Assembly (NCBI GenBank): GCA_038239305.1
Contig: JBBSEW010000007.1
Location: forward strand, 21,434 to 85,433
DNA: 64,000 bases
Source: Thermoanaerobaculia bacterium
GTDB taxonomy: Bacteria; Acidobacteriota; Thermoanaerobaculia; UBA5066; Gp7-AA6
Direction of reading: 5' to 3'
The translations under genes and the position numbers were made by a program. The notes under the pieces were generated by a model, which had not been told where the DNA came from, made no database searches, and saw nothing but the letters and a program-made list of their open reading frames with translations. Positions 42,040 through 50,806 of this stretch are shown here, piece by piece. Every line of letters begins with the position of its first letter. Positions within the stretch are counted from its first letter, which is position 1.

Positions 42040-44529
42040 TCATCGCACCACGATGTTCAGAAGGCGGTCCTGTACGTATACGGCGCGGGCGATCGGCTTG
42101 TCGCCGACCCATGCCCGTACCTTCTCGTCCGCGTGCGCGAGAGCCAGCACGTCGGCTTCCGAAGCGCCCCGCTCGATGTCCAGTTTTCCCCGAACCTTGC
42201 CGTTGACCTGAACGACGAGCGTTACCCGCTCACTGGTGGCGAGCACAGGATCGAAATCCGGCCAGGCGACGTCGATCAGGAAAAATCGATTACCGAATCG
42301 CTCCCACCACTCGTCGGTCAAGTGGGGGGCGACCGGATGCAGGAGCTTCAGAAGGGTCTCGGTAGCGCGCCGCAGGGATCCCGGCGTCTCCGAACCGGCG
42401 GCGGCGGCTTCGGAGATCGCCCGCTGGAGCTCCATCAGGGCGGCGACCGCCGTGTGAAAGTGGAATCGCGCCGCATCCGCCGTCACGCGCTCGATCGTCC
42501 GGTGCTCGAGCCGGCGCAGAGGCGAGTCCGCGGGCGCCTCGGACGGCTCGGGCGCGCCGGCCGCGACGCGATCACAAAGGTCGTGAACCCGCTGCAGGAA
42601 GCGCCAGGCGCCCATGACGCCGTCCTCCGACCACTCGGATTCCTTCTCCGGAGGCCCGATGAACAGCGTGTAGACACGCACCGTGTCGGCTCCGAAGCGC
42701 TCGATCAGGTCGTCGGGAGAGATCGTGTTTCCGCGGGACTTGGACATCTTCTCGACCTTGCCGGTCGCCGGATTCAGCTTCGTGATCATCCCCTGGTTGA
42801 AGAGGCGCGCGAAGGGCTCCTCGATGTCCACGAGACCGAGATCCTTCAGGACTCGGCAGATGAATCGCGCGTAGAGCAGGTGCAGGATCGCGTGCTCGAT
42901 CCCGCCCACGTACTGGTCCACGGGCATCCATTTCGCGGCTCGCTCCGGATCCACCATTTTCGTCCCGTCCGCGGGATTCAGGAAGCGCAGGTAATACCAA
43001 GACGAGTCCACGAACGTGTCCATCGTGTCGGTCTCGCGCCGCGCCGGACCGCCGCAACCGGGGCATTCCGTCGCCACGAACGCCTCCGACTGCTCGAGCG
43101 GGTTGCCCTCGGCGCCCTGGAAGGCGACGTCTTCGGGCAGGACCACCGGAAGCTGCGAGTCGGGAACCGGGACGACGCCGCACGCCGGACAATGGATCGC
43201 CGGGATCGGCGTGCCCCAGTATCGCTGCCGCGAGATGAGCCAGTCGCGCAGGCGATATCCGACCCGGCCTTTCCCGAAGCCCTTCTCCTCGATCCACTCG
43301 ATTGCGCGGCGGATCGCCGCCGGTCCGTTCGGCGTTCCGTCCCAGTCTCCCGAATGGGCGAGCACCCCGCCGTGCGGTGCGGCCTCCGTCATCGCCTCCG
43401 GGTCGATGTCCCGATCCGCATCCGGCCCGTCGGTCATCCGATAGACCGGACGGATCTCGATTCCGTACTTCCGCGCGAACTCGAAGTCGCGCTGGTCGTG
43501 CGCTGGTACGCCCATGATCGCGCCGGTGCCGTAATCCGGCAGGACGAAGTTGGCGAGCCAGACGGGGATCGTCTCGCCGGTGACCGGATTCAAGGCCGTG
43601 CCCCCGGTGGCGACGCCTTCTTTTTCGCCGCCCTCGGACTCGCGCTCGAGGCGCGACTCCCGCCGCACACGCTCGATGAACGCCCCGATCTCGGCGCGAT
43701 TCGGCGAGCGCTCCGCGAGCGTTGCCGCCGCCGGATGCTCCGGTGCAAGCGCCAGAAATGTCGCGCCGAAGAGCGTGTCCGGACGGGTCGTGAAAACCGC
43801 GATCGGCTCGGTGAGCCCGTCGACCGGAAAGAAGACCTCCGCGCCTTCCGACCGTCCGATCCAGTTTCGCTGCATGGTCTTCACGCGGTCGGACCAGTCG
43901 AGCCCCTCGAGACCGGCGAGGAGCCGCTCGGCGTAATCCGTGATGCGGAAGAACCACTGCGTGAGGTCGCGGATCTGGACGAGATCGCCCGAGCGCTCGC
44001 AGCGCCCGTCGACGACCTGCTCGTTCGCCAGCACGGTCCGGCAGCCCGGACACCAGTTCACGGGAGCCGTCTTCCGATACGCGAGGCCGCGCTCCCACAT
44101 GCGCAGGAAGAGCCACTGGTTCCACCGGTAGTACGCCGGATCGCACGACGCGAGCTCCTTCGACCAGTCGTACAGGAGACCGAGGCTCTTCAGCTGCTCC
44201 TTCATCCGGCCGATGTTGCCGAGCGTGTACTCGCGGGGATGAACCCCGCTCGCGATCGCCGCATTCTCGGCCGGCAGGCCGAACGCGTCCCAGCCCATCG
44301 GGTTCAGTGTCCGCCGGCCGGCCATCCGTTCCCGCCGGAAGAGCGCGTCCCCCAGAATGTAGTTGCGGCCGTGCCCGACATGGAGACGGCTTCCCGAGGG
44401 ATACGGGAACATGTTGAGCATGTAGAACTTGTCTCGCCCGTCGGCGGTATCCACTTTCGCGGCACCCGCGTCTTCCCAGCGGCGTTGCCACTTCCGATCG
44501 AGCGCGACGGGATCGTATTTCTCGGCCAT
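42040..44529 (-). CDS. leuS: leucine--tRNA ligase
   Basis: ATG at 44529 (MAEKYDPVALDRKWQRRWEDAG...). Motifs: PYPSGSRLHVGH (HIGH) and KMSKSRGN (KMSKS). 829 aa. Confidence 0.97.
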   Translation of the reverse strand: MAEKYDPVALDRKWQRRWEDAGAAKVDTADGRDKFYMLNMFPYPSGSRLHVGHGRNYILGDALFRRERMAGRRTLNPMGWDAFGLPAENAAIASGVHPREYTLGNIGRMKEQLKSLGLLYDWSKELASCDPAYYRWNQWLFLRMWERGLAYRKTAPVNWCPGCRTVLANEQVVDGRCERSGDLVQIRDLTQWFFRITDYAERLLAGLEGLDWSDRVKTMQRNWIGRSEGAEVFFPVDGLTEPIAVFTTRPDTLFGATFLALAPEHPAAATLAERSPNRAEIGAFIERVRRESRLERESEGGEKEGVATGGTALNPVTGETIPVWLANFVLPDYGTGAIMGVPAHDQRDFEFARKYGIEIRPVYRMTDGPDADRDIDPEAMTEAAPHGGVLAHSGDWDGTPNGPAAIRRAIEWIEEKGFGKGRVGYRLRDWLISRQRYWGTPIPAIHCPACGVVPVPDSQLPVVLPEDVAFQGAEGNPLEQSEAFVATECPGCGGPARRETDTMDTFVDSSWYYLRFLNPADGTKMVDPERAAKWMPVDQYVGGIEHAILHLLYARFICRVLKDLGLVDIEEPFARLFNQGMITKLNPATGKVEKMSKSRGNTISPDDLIERFGADTVRVYTLFIGPPEKESEWSEDGVMGAWRFLQRVHDLCDRVAAGAPEPSEAPADSPLRRLEHRTIERVTADAARFHFHTAVAALMELQRAISEAAAAGSETPGSLRRATETLLKLLHPVAPHLTDEWWERFGNRFFLIDVAWPDFDPVLATSERVTLVVQVNGKVRGKLDIERGASEADVLALAHADEKVRAWVGDKPIARAVYVQDRLLNIVVR

Positions 44530-44596
44530 GAGAGTCCCGCAATATACCCGATGGATCCCCGAGGGCAGGACGGACAGCGGGGGCGCATGACGCTGC

Positions 44597-44722
44597 GATC
44601 TCGCGATCTCGCGATCCCATGATCTCGCGATCACTCGACCATCGAACCATCGAACCATCGAACTCGTGGGGATCGGAGAGCACTCCGGTTTGGTCCGAAT
44701 CGGGCGACCGGGCGATCGGGCC
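44597..44722. repeat. Modular short-tandem-repeat locus L8: (GATCTCGC)x5, (ACCATCGA)x3, (ATCGGGCG/ACCGGGCG)x3
   Basis: GATCTCGC-type octamers at 44597-44636. ACCATCGA at 44638-44661. ATCGGGCG ACCGGGCG ATCGGGCC at 44699-44722. The locus is upstream of leuS. Confidence 0.95.
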
Positions 44723-44762
44723 TTCGGACGATAGATCCTGCGGAATCGGAACGAGGCTTCTT

Positions 44763-44877
44763 CCCCTCTCCCCCGGACTCGGGGAAGAGGGGACGGTGAG
44801 GGGGCCATTCTTGCATCCGGGGTTTGGAGAGAAGCGAGAATCTCCCCTCAGCCCGGCCCTCGCCCGCCGGGCGAGGG
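44763..44877. other. two GC-rich hairpins (REP-like)
   Basis: Hairpin 1 is at 44763-44792: CCCCTCTCCCC cggactc GGGGAAGAGGGG, with one bulge. Hairpin 2 is at 44857-44877: CCCTCGCCCG c CGGGCGAGGG. Neither is followed by a U-tract on either strand. Confidence 0.7.
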
Positions 44878-44915
44878 GGAATACAGGTCACCCCACCTTG
44901 GTTCGCCGGGCGAGA

Positions 44916-44951
44916 GGAAGGCCCGGCGCTCCTGGAAGGCCCGGCGCTCCT
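44916..44951. repeat. perfect 18-bp tandem duplication abutting the transglutaminase stop codon
   Basis: GGAAGGCCCGGCGCTCCT occurs twice (44916-44933 and 44934-44951). The stop codon of the minus-strand gene is at 44952-44954. Confidence 0.95.
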
Positions 44952-45734
44952 TCAGCGCCGCGACGTGGATCGGACTCGGACGGTCCCGTGGCCCGTCTGG
45001 ACGGCGGCGTAGCCGAGCGATCCATCGGGCGGTTTCACTTCGACGACCGTCAGGGATTGCGGGCGGCGGAGGGACCGGCGGTCAAACGGGAGGTAGCGCG
45101 CGTCGACTCCGTTGATGGACGCCCTCGGGTCGGAGAACACGTAGCCTCGGTCCGGGTAGTGGACCTCGATCCATCGGTGGTAGGCGCCTCCGATCGCGGG
45201 CTCATAGCGGTCCGTGCCCGGATCCGTGCGCAGGATTCCCTGGACGGTACGCGCCGGGATCGCCACTCTCCGGAGGAGGTCGACAGCGAGCTCGGCGAAG
45301 CCCACGCAGTAGGCGCGCTTCGAAGAGAACACCGCCGCCGGATCCTGGTTGCGGAGGCGGTCGGGATCGTAGGCCACGTCCCGGGCGATCGCCAGGAGGA
45401 TCCGCCGGACCGCCTCGGCCTGGGTGGCGCTCCCCTTCGCGAGATCTGCCGCGAACGTGTCGCGTTCGGGCGCCGGCGGGAGCGCAGCGTCCCGTGTGTT
45501 TCCCGTCGGAAAGGGGGCGCGGCTCTCGAGCGGAGAGTCGGACACGCGGACACGAAGCTCGACGCTTCCGTCGCCCGCAGTGACGACGGCGAGAGAGTAA
45601 CCGTCGTTGTCGTACTGGTCGAAGAGGCGGGCGTCGGCGCCTCCGGCGCGATATGTGGCGATCTGCTCCGCGCCCGAGGCGCCCGCGGCCAGGGATGCCG
45701 CGAGGAGAAGCATCGCGGCGGAGCGGCGTATCAC
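44952..45734 (-). CDS. secreted transglutaminase-like (cysteine protease fold) protein
   Basis: 260-aa ORF with a signal peptide. The Cys-His-Asp core context is RAYCVGFAELAVDLLR, ...YHRWIEV and ...GYVFSDP. Confidence 0.85.
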   Translation of the reverse strand: MIRRSAAMLLLAASLAAGASGAEQIATYRAGGADARLFDQYDNDGYSLAVVTAGDGSVELRVRVSDSPLESRAPFPTGNTRDAALPPAPERDTFAADLAKGSATQAEAVRRILLAIARDVAYDPDRLRNQDPAAVFSSKRAYCVGFAELAVDLLRRVAIPARTVQGILRTDPGTDRYEPAIGGAYHRWIEVHYPDRGYVFSDPRASINGVDARYLPFDRRSLRRPQSLTVVEVKPPDGSLGYAAVQTGHGTVRVRSTSRR

Positions 45735-46153
45735 GCCGCGGGGCCTTCGTCCGGTTTCGCTTTCAGAACGCCGTCCAGGATGCCGTTGATGAATTGCGAG
45801 GAGCGCGGCGTCGAGAACCGTTTCGCGATCTCCAGTGCCTCGTCGATCACGACGGGCTGCGGCGTCGAGGGCTCGTGGAGCAGCTCGAAGAGGGCGAGGC
45901 GAAGAATATTGCGATCGACGATCGGCATCCGGGCGAGCCGCCAGTGGTCGGCCTGCCGGGAGATGATCTCGTCCAGCCGCGTGCGGTGCTCGAGGGTGCC
46001 GGAGACGAGGCGTTCCGTGAACTCGCGGATGCCTTCCGGCGCCTTCTGCAGGTCGGCGTTGCGGCGGAACATCTCGTCCGCGGCCGTGCCGGCCACGTCG
46101 TTCTCGAAGAGCATCTGCAGGGCGAGCTCGCGCGCTTTTCTCCGGGCCCCCAT
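45731..46153 (-). CDS. nusB: transcription antitermination factor NusB
   Basis: ATG at 46153 (MGARRKARELALQMLFE...DRNILRLALFEL...VVIDEALEIAKRF...FINGILD). It shares 1 nt with the ribH stop. Confidence 0.93.
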   Translation of the reverse strand: MGARRKARELALQMLFENDVAGTAADEMFRRNADLQKAPEGIREFTERLVSGTLEHRTRLDEIISRQADHWRLARMPIVDRNILRLALFELLHEPSTPQPVVIDEALEIAKRFSTPRSSQFINGILDGVLKAKPDEGPAA

Positions 46154-46599
46154 CAGCGCTTCCGGAGCCGGCGCTTGAGGTTCGCCATCTCGACCACCGC
46201 CTCGGCCGCTTCCGCTCCCTTGCTCATGCGGGCGCGCGCCTGCGCCATCGTGTCGCAGGTCAGAAGACCGAATCCGATGGGACGGCCGGTTTCCGCGGAG
46301 AGAGCCGCGAGAGCGTTGCCGACGGCCAGTCCGAGCACTTCGTGGTGCGTCGTCTCCCCTCGGACCACGGCACCGAGCGCGACAACGCCGTCGCAGGAAC
46401 GGGAGTCGAGGGCCATCCGGGCGGAGGCGGGCAGCTCGAACGCTCCCGGAACGCGGAGAATGGTGAGATGCGAGTCGCGGGCGCCCCGTTCGCGCAGCGC
46501 GCCGAGAGCCGAGGCGAGCAAACCGTCCGTGATCGTCGGATTCCAGCGGGCGCAGATTACCGTGAGGCGCAGGCGAGACGCATCGGCCTCCCCCTCCAC
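46153..46599 (-). CDS. ribH: 6,7-dimethyl-8-ribityllumazine synthase
   Basis: Motifs RLTVICARWNPTITDGLLASALGAL, ...RVPGAFELP and ...VVALGAVVRGETTHHE. I chose the GTG at 46599 because it gives the usual short N-terminus. The track start at 46815 would add about 70 atypical residues. Confidence 0.88.
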   Translation of the reverse strand: MEGEADASRLRLTVICARWNPTITDGLLASALGALRERGARDSHLTILRVPGAFELPASARMALDSRSCDGVVALGAVVRGETTHHEVLGLAVGNALAALSAETGRPIGFGLLTCDTMAQARARMSKGAEAAEAVVEMANLKRRLRKR

Positions 46600-46727
46600 T
46601 TCCCGGAGGGAGGCGGGGCCCGCAAGGCGTGCGACTCGACGGCTGCTCAAAGATCGGTCCCTTCGAAGGAGGCGGATGATAGCAGGTTGGGTCGTGCCTC
46701 GCCGGTCCAGGCTCGCGGTCGGGGTCT

Positions 46728-47747
46728 TCAGGCGCCCGTTTCGAGCGCTTTCCGCCCCGCCAACGCCGGCTCCGCCCCGAAGTTGCGCTCGTAGCGGGCC
46801 GAGAAATCGCTCCACGCGTACCGCGGCGGCTGAGGACCCGGCGACTCGAGGCCGTAGACGGCCGCGATACTGCCCATCCGGCCCGCGACTTCCCAGGAAA
46901 GGCCAGCCCGGAGGCCCCGGAGAAGGCCGGCGCGAAACGCGTCTCCGACGCCGGTGGGGTCGAGTGCCGGGCTCTCGAGCTTCGCCGCGGGGATCCGATG
47001 GCGAATCGGAGACGTCCCCGCGGACAGGACGATGGTCGACCCCGACTCGCCGTGCGTCTCGATGACCGTGGGAACGCGCCTCTCAATTTCTTCCGCGGAC
47101 CAGCCGGTCTTCGCCGTCAGGATGCCCATCTCGTAGTCGTTCGCGATGAGAATCGCAGCGCCCTGAAGGCCCGCCTTCAGGTCGTCCCCGGCCAGGCGGG
47201 CGACCTGCTGGCTCGGGTCGTAGAGGAACGGGATTTCGGCCGCCCGACACTCGTCCGCATACCGCGCCATGGCCGCCGGATCGTTCGGCGATATCAGGAC
47301 GAGCGCGCAGTCAGCGGGGTCGAGGTCGCCGATCGAGAGCTCCCGCGCCCGCGCCATGGCTCCCGTGTAAAACGACGCGAGCTGGTTCTGGTCGAGGTCC
47401 GTCGAGACGAAGAACGACGCCGTGAAGATGTCGGGGCAGATCCGAAGGTGCGTGACGTCCACGCCCTCCCCTTCCAGCCGTTCGCGGTACTGGGCCGCGT
47501 CCGGTCCCGCCGTTGCGAACAGGATCGGCTTCTCGCCCAGAAGGGCGAGGCCGTAGGCGATGTTCGCCGCGCAACCTCCCTCGACGCGCCGCATTTCGTC
47601 GACGAGAAACGAAACGGACAGGCGGGACATCTGGTCCGGTATCAGTTGCTCGACGAACCGGCCCGGAAACGTCATCAGGTAGTCGAACGCCACCGAGCCC
47701 GTGACGACGAGGCGGCCCGAGCGCCGCGAGAGGTCGAACGCGGTCAC
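46728..47747 (-). CDS. PfkB-family carbohydrate/nucleoside kinase (adenosine kinase-like)
   Basis: GTG at 47747 overlaps the mtnP stop (GTGA). It has GGCAANIAYGLALLG and the PfkB signature DPTGVGDAFRAG. Confidence 0.88.
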   Translation of the reverse strand: MTAFDLSRRSGRLVVTGSVAFDYLMTFPGRFVEQLIPDQMSRLSVSFLVDEMRRVEGGCAANIAYGLALLGEKPILFATAGPDAAQYRERLEGEGVDVTHLRICPDIFTASFFVSTDLDQNQLASFYTGAMARARELSIGDLDPADCALVLISPNDPAAMARYADECRAAEIPFLYDPSQQVARLAGDDLKAGLQGAAILIANDYEMGILTAKTGWSAEEIERRVPTVIETHGESGSTIVLSAGTSPIRHRIPAAKLESPALDPTGVGDAFRAGLLRGLRAGLSWEVAGRMGSIAAVYGLESPGPQPPRYAWSDFSARYERNFGAEPALAGRKALETGA

Positions 47748-48607
47748 AGGTACCTCCCCGCGATCGGCGTCAGGCGGCGCCGCGCCTCTTCCGAGATCAC
47801 TTTGCGGTCCGTGAGGATCCCGTAGCGCATCGCGTCCCGGCAGGAGCATCGCCGGACCGGCGAGACGCGCTCGACGGCGGCGCGCATGGACTTGCGCGCA
47901 CCCGCCGCGTTCTCGGACAGAATCGCGAGAATGGATTCGACGGAGACGGGCTCGGTCGATTCGCGCCAGCAATCGTAGTCGGTCACGAGCGCGAGCGAGG
48001 CGTAACAGATCTCCGCTTCCCGGGCGAGACGGGCCTCCGTGAGGTTGGTCATCCCGACGACGTCCGCCCCCCACGAGCGATAGAGGTTCGACTCCGCTCG
48101 AGTCGAAAATTGCGGGCCTTCCATGCAGACATATGTCCCGCCCGTGTGCACGGAGAGGCCGGCGGCCCGCGCGCTCTCGGCGAGCGCGGAGGACAGATCC
48201 GGGCAGACGGGATCCGCGAAAGAGGCGTGAGCCGTAACGCCCCGGTCGAAGAAAGTATCGGTGCGATGGCGGGTCCGGTCGATGAACTGATTCGGGATCA
48301 CCGCGTGGCGCGGCGCGTACTCTTCCTTCAGGCTGCCGACGGCGGATGCCGACAGCAGCGCGTCGCAGCCGAGCATCTTGAACCCGCAGATGTTCGCACG
48401 GTAATTGATCTCGGTCGGGGAATATCGGTGGCCGCGCGCATGGCGCGAGAAGAACACGACCGGTATGCCGCCGAGCCGCCCCGTGAAATAGGAATCCGAA
48501 GGCGCCCCGAACGGCGTCTCGAGCTTCTCTTCCTTCAGCTCGTCGATTCCCGTGAGGTCATAGACGCCGCTTCCCCCGATCAATCCGATCCGGCCCCGTT
48601 CCTTCAT
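47744..48607 (-). CDS. mtnP: S-methyl-5'-thioadenosine phosphorylase
   Basis: ATG at 48607 (MKERGRIGLIGGSGVYDL...FFSRHARGHRYSPTEINYRANI...YVCMEGPQFSTRAES...GADVVGMT). ATGA overlap with the upstream oxidoreductase. Confidence 0.92.
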   Translation of the reverse strand: MKERGRIGLIGGSGVYDLTGIDELKEEKLETPFGAPSDSYFTGRLGGIPVVFFSRHARGHRYSPTEINYRANICGFKMLGCDALLSASAVGSLKEEYAPRHAVIPNQFIDRTRHRTDTFFDRGVTAHASFADPVCPDLSSALAESARAAGLSVHTGGTYVCMEGPQFSTRAESNLYRSWGADVVGMTNLTEARLAREAEICYASLALVTDYDCWRESTEPVSVESILAILSENAAGARKSMRAAVERVSPVRRCSCRDAMRYGILTDRKVISEEARRRLTPIAGRYL

Positions 48608-49587
48608 CCGACCATCCCCTTTTCCGAAGCGTTCGCGGCCTGCCGGGCGATCGCCTCCTGAACCCGAGCCGCGAGCGCGAGGGCGTCGCGGCCGACCGTT
48701 CCGGAAACGAGCGGCGTGCCGCGCTCGCGAACACACGTCACGAAATCAGCCATCTCGCGCGCCAGCGGCTCCCCCCGCTCGACGGGAACCGGAAAAGGCA
48801 CGATTTCCGCCGCTCCTGTTTCGCGCGTGAGCCGGTATCCCTGAACGGATTGAGCCTGCATGTCCACCGAGAGGGAAAGGTCCGGCGCGAAGATCCGGCA
48901 CGTCCGGACTTTGTCGGAGGATACGCGCGACGCCGTCAGGTTCGCGACGCATCCGCCGGCGAAGACCACCCGCGCATTCGCCATGTCGATCATCGGTGTG
49001 AGGACCGGCATCCCGACGGCCTGGACGTCCAGCGCGTCTCCTCCGGCAATGGCCCGCACGATCTGCAGGTCGTGGATCATGAGGTCGAGCACGACGTCGA
49101 CGTCGAGGCTGCGCGAGGTGAAAACGCCGAGGCGATGGACCTCCACGTAGCGCACGTCCGACGCCATCGCGAGCGCCGCCTGGACGGCGGGGTTGTATCG
49201 CTCGACGTGCCCGACCTGCATCACCCGTCCGTTCGTCCGCGCGCACTCCAGGAGCGCGTCCGCCTCCGCCAGACTGGCGGCGACGGGCTTTTCGATCAGA
49301 ACATCGCATCCGCGATCCATGAGCTCGCGGGCGATCTCCGCGTGGGAGACCGTCGGCGTCGCGACGACCACGGCTTCCGCGAGCGAGGCGACCTCCTCGA
49401 GCGAGGAGAGCATGGGAATTCCGAACTCGCGGCCGACTTCCTCGGCCCGCCCGGCGTGGCGATCGAGCAGTCCGACGCATTGGACTCCGCGCATCGAAGC
49501 CGCGATGCGGGCGTGGTGACGTCCCAGATGTCCCACTCCCACAACGGCGACACGGACGTCCCGCCCCCCCGGGCTCCGGTCCGTCAC
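48604..49587 (-). CDS. Gfo/Idh/MocA-family NAD(P) oxidoreductase embedded in the lipid A operon (GnnA-like candidate)
   Basis: GTG at 49587 overlaps the lpxA stop (GTGA). It has the Rossmann motif VRVAVVGVGHLGRHH and the EKP motif (VLIEKPVA). Confidence 0.85.
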   Translation of the reverse strand: MTDRSPGGRDVRVAVVGVGHLGRHHARIAASMRGVQCVGLLDRHAGRAEEVGREFGIPMLSSLEEVASLAEAVVVATPTVSHAEIARELMDRGCDVLIEKPVAASLAEADALLECARTNGRVMQVGHVERYNPAVQAALAMASDVRYVEVHRLGVFTSRSLDVDVVLDLMIHDLQIVRAIAGGDALDVQAVGMPVLTPMIDMANARVVFAGGCVANLTASRVSSDKVRTCRIFAPDLSLSVDMQAQSVQGYRLTRETGAAEIVPFPVPVERGEPLAREMADFVTCVRERGTPLVSGTVGRDALALAARVQEAIARQAANASEKGMVG

Positions 49588-50363
49588 CGATGGAATCCGC
49601 GCTTGCTGCCCTTGATGAACTCCACGAGATCGTCGACGTCCGGCTGCCCTGTCAGCTCCGCCTCGATCCGTTCGAGTGCCTGCGTCGTATTGAGCTTGGA
49701 CCGCACCAGCAGGCGATACGCACGCGACAGCCCCTCGAGGCGCTCCTCCGAGAATCCGTTGCGTTTCAACCCGATCGAGTTCAGGCCATACGTCTTCGCC
49801 TCCATGCCGTCCGTCTTCGAGAACGGCAGTACGTCCTGGCGGATCTGGGCGTAGGCGCCCACGAACGCATACTTGCCGATCCGCGTGAACTGGTGGGCCG
49901 CTGCGAAGGCGCCGAGGATCGCATGGTCGCCCACGTCGACGTGTCCCGCGAGCGCGGCGCAATTCGCGAACACGACCCGGGAGCCGATCCGGCAGTCGTG
50001 CGCGACGTGGCTGTACGACATGAAGTAGCCCTCGTCGCCGATCACGGTTTCTCCCCGGCCGGTGACGGTCCCGCGGTGGACGGTCATGAACTCGCGGAAC
50101 ACATTGCGCGCGCCGACGACGAGCCGCGTCGGCTCGCCGTGATACTTCAGATCCTGGGGCTCGAGGCCGAGAACCGCGTGCGGAAAAATCCGGTTTCCGT
50201 CGCCGAACTCGGAGGGCCCGGAGAGGTGCGCGTGTGCGCCGACCACGGTTCCCTTCCCGAGCCGCACGTTCTCGCCGATGACCGCGTACGGACCGACCTC
50301 CACGCCCTCGGCCAGCTCGGCGCCGTCCGAAACGATCGCGGTCGGATGGACGGAAGCCGTCAC
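49584..50363 (-). CDS. lpxA: acyl-ACP--UDP-N-acetylglucosamine O-acyltransferase
   Basis: GTG at 50363 overlaps the fabZ stop (GTGA). It has hexapeptide repeats, VHPTAIV, and the C-terminal helical domain GLNSIGLKRNGFS. Confidence 0.93.
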   Translation of the reverse strand: MTASVHPTAIVSDGAELAEGVEVGPYAVIGENVRLGKGTVVGAHAHLSGPSEFGDGNRIFPHAVLGLEPQDLKYHGEPTRLVVGARNVFREFMTVHRGTVTGRGETVIGDEGYFMSYSHVAHDCRIGSRVVFANCAALAGHVDVGDHAILGAFAAAHQFTRIGKYAFVGAYAQIRQDVLPFSKTDGMEAKTYGLNSIGLKRNGFSEERLEGLSRAYRLLVRSKLNTTQALERIEAELTGQPDVDDLVEFIKGSKRGFHR

Positions 50364-50806
50364 GGCCGGTCGACCAGGGCGGACATGAGCTCCGCTTCCG
50401 CGCACAGCTTCCCCTCGACCGTAGCCCTCGCGCGGCACTTGCAGAGGCGCGTCTTCACGGAAACGATCTCCGCCTCGATGCGGAGCTGGTCCCCCGGAAC
50501 GACGGGCCGCCGGAACTTGCAGCGATCGACGCTCGTCAGGTACAGAAGCTTGCGCTCCTCCGCCGGCACGGGGCCGAGCAGGCCCACCCCCGCGACCTGC
50601 GCCATGGCCTCCACGATCAGCACTCCGGGCATTACCGGGTTTCCGGGGAAGTGTCCCTGGAAGAACTCCTCGTTGAAAGTAACGTTCTTGATTCCGACGA
50701 CGCGTTTGCCCGGCTCGAGCTCCAGGATCCGGTCCACGAGCAGGAAGGGGTAACGGTGCGGAAGGATCTTCATGATCTCTGTGATTCCGAGCTCCACGCT
50801 AGACAT
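50360..50806 (-). CDS. fabZ: 3-hydroxyacyl-ACP dehydratase FabZ
   Basis: 148-aa ORF containing [13 protein letters not shown]...[23 protein letters not shown]. Confidence 0.96.
   Translation of the reverse strand: MSSVELGITEIMKILPHRYPFLLVDRILELEPGKRVVGIKNVTFNEEFFQGHFPGNPVMPGVLIVEAMAQVAGVGLLGPVPAEERKLLYLTSVDRCKFRRPVVPGDQLRIEAEIVSVKTRLCKCRARATVEGKLCAEAELMSALVDRP

Noticed and set aside
44530-44951. tRNA or other structured ncRNA in the 422-bp leuS upstream spacer, and in the other long spacers
   Set aside because: I could not find a cloverleaf arrangement or T-loop/anticodon-arm pattern by eye. The content is explained by direct-repeat arrays and two simple hairpins. A covariance-model scan would be needed to exclude small ncRNAs.
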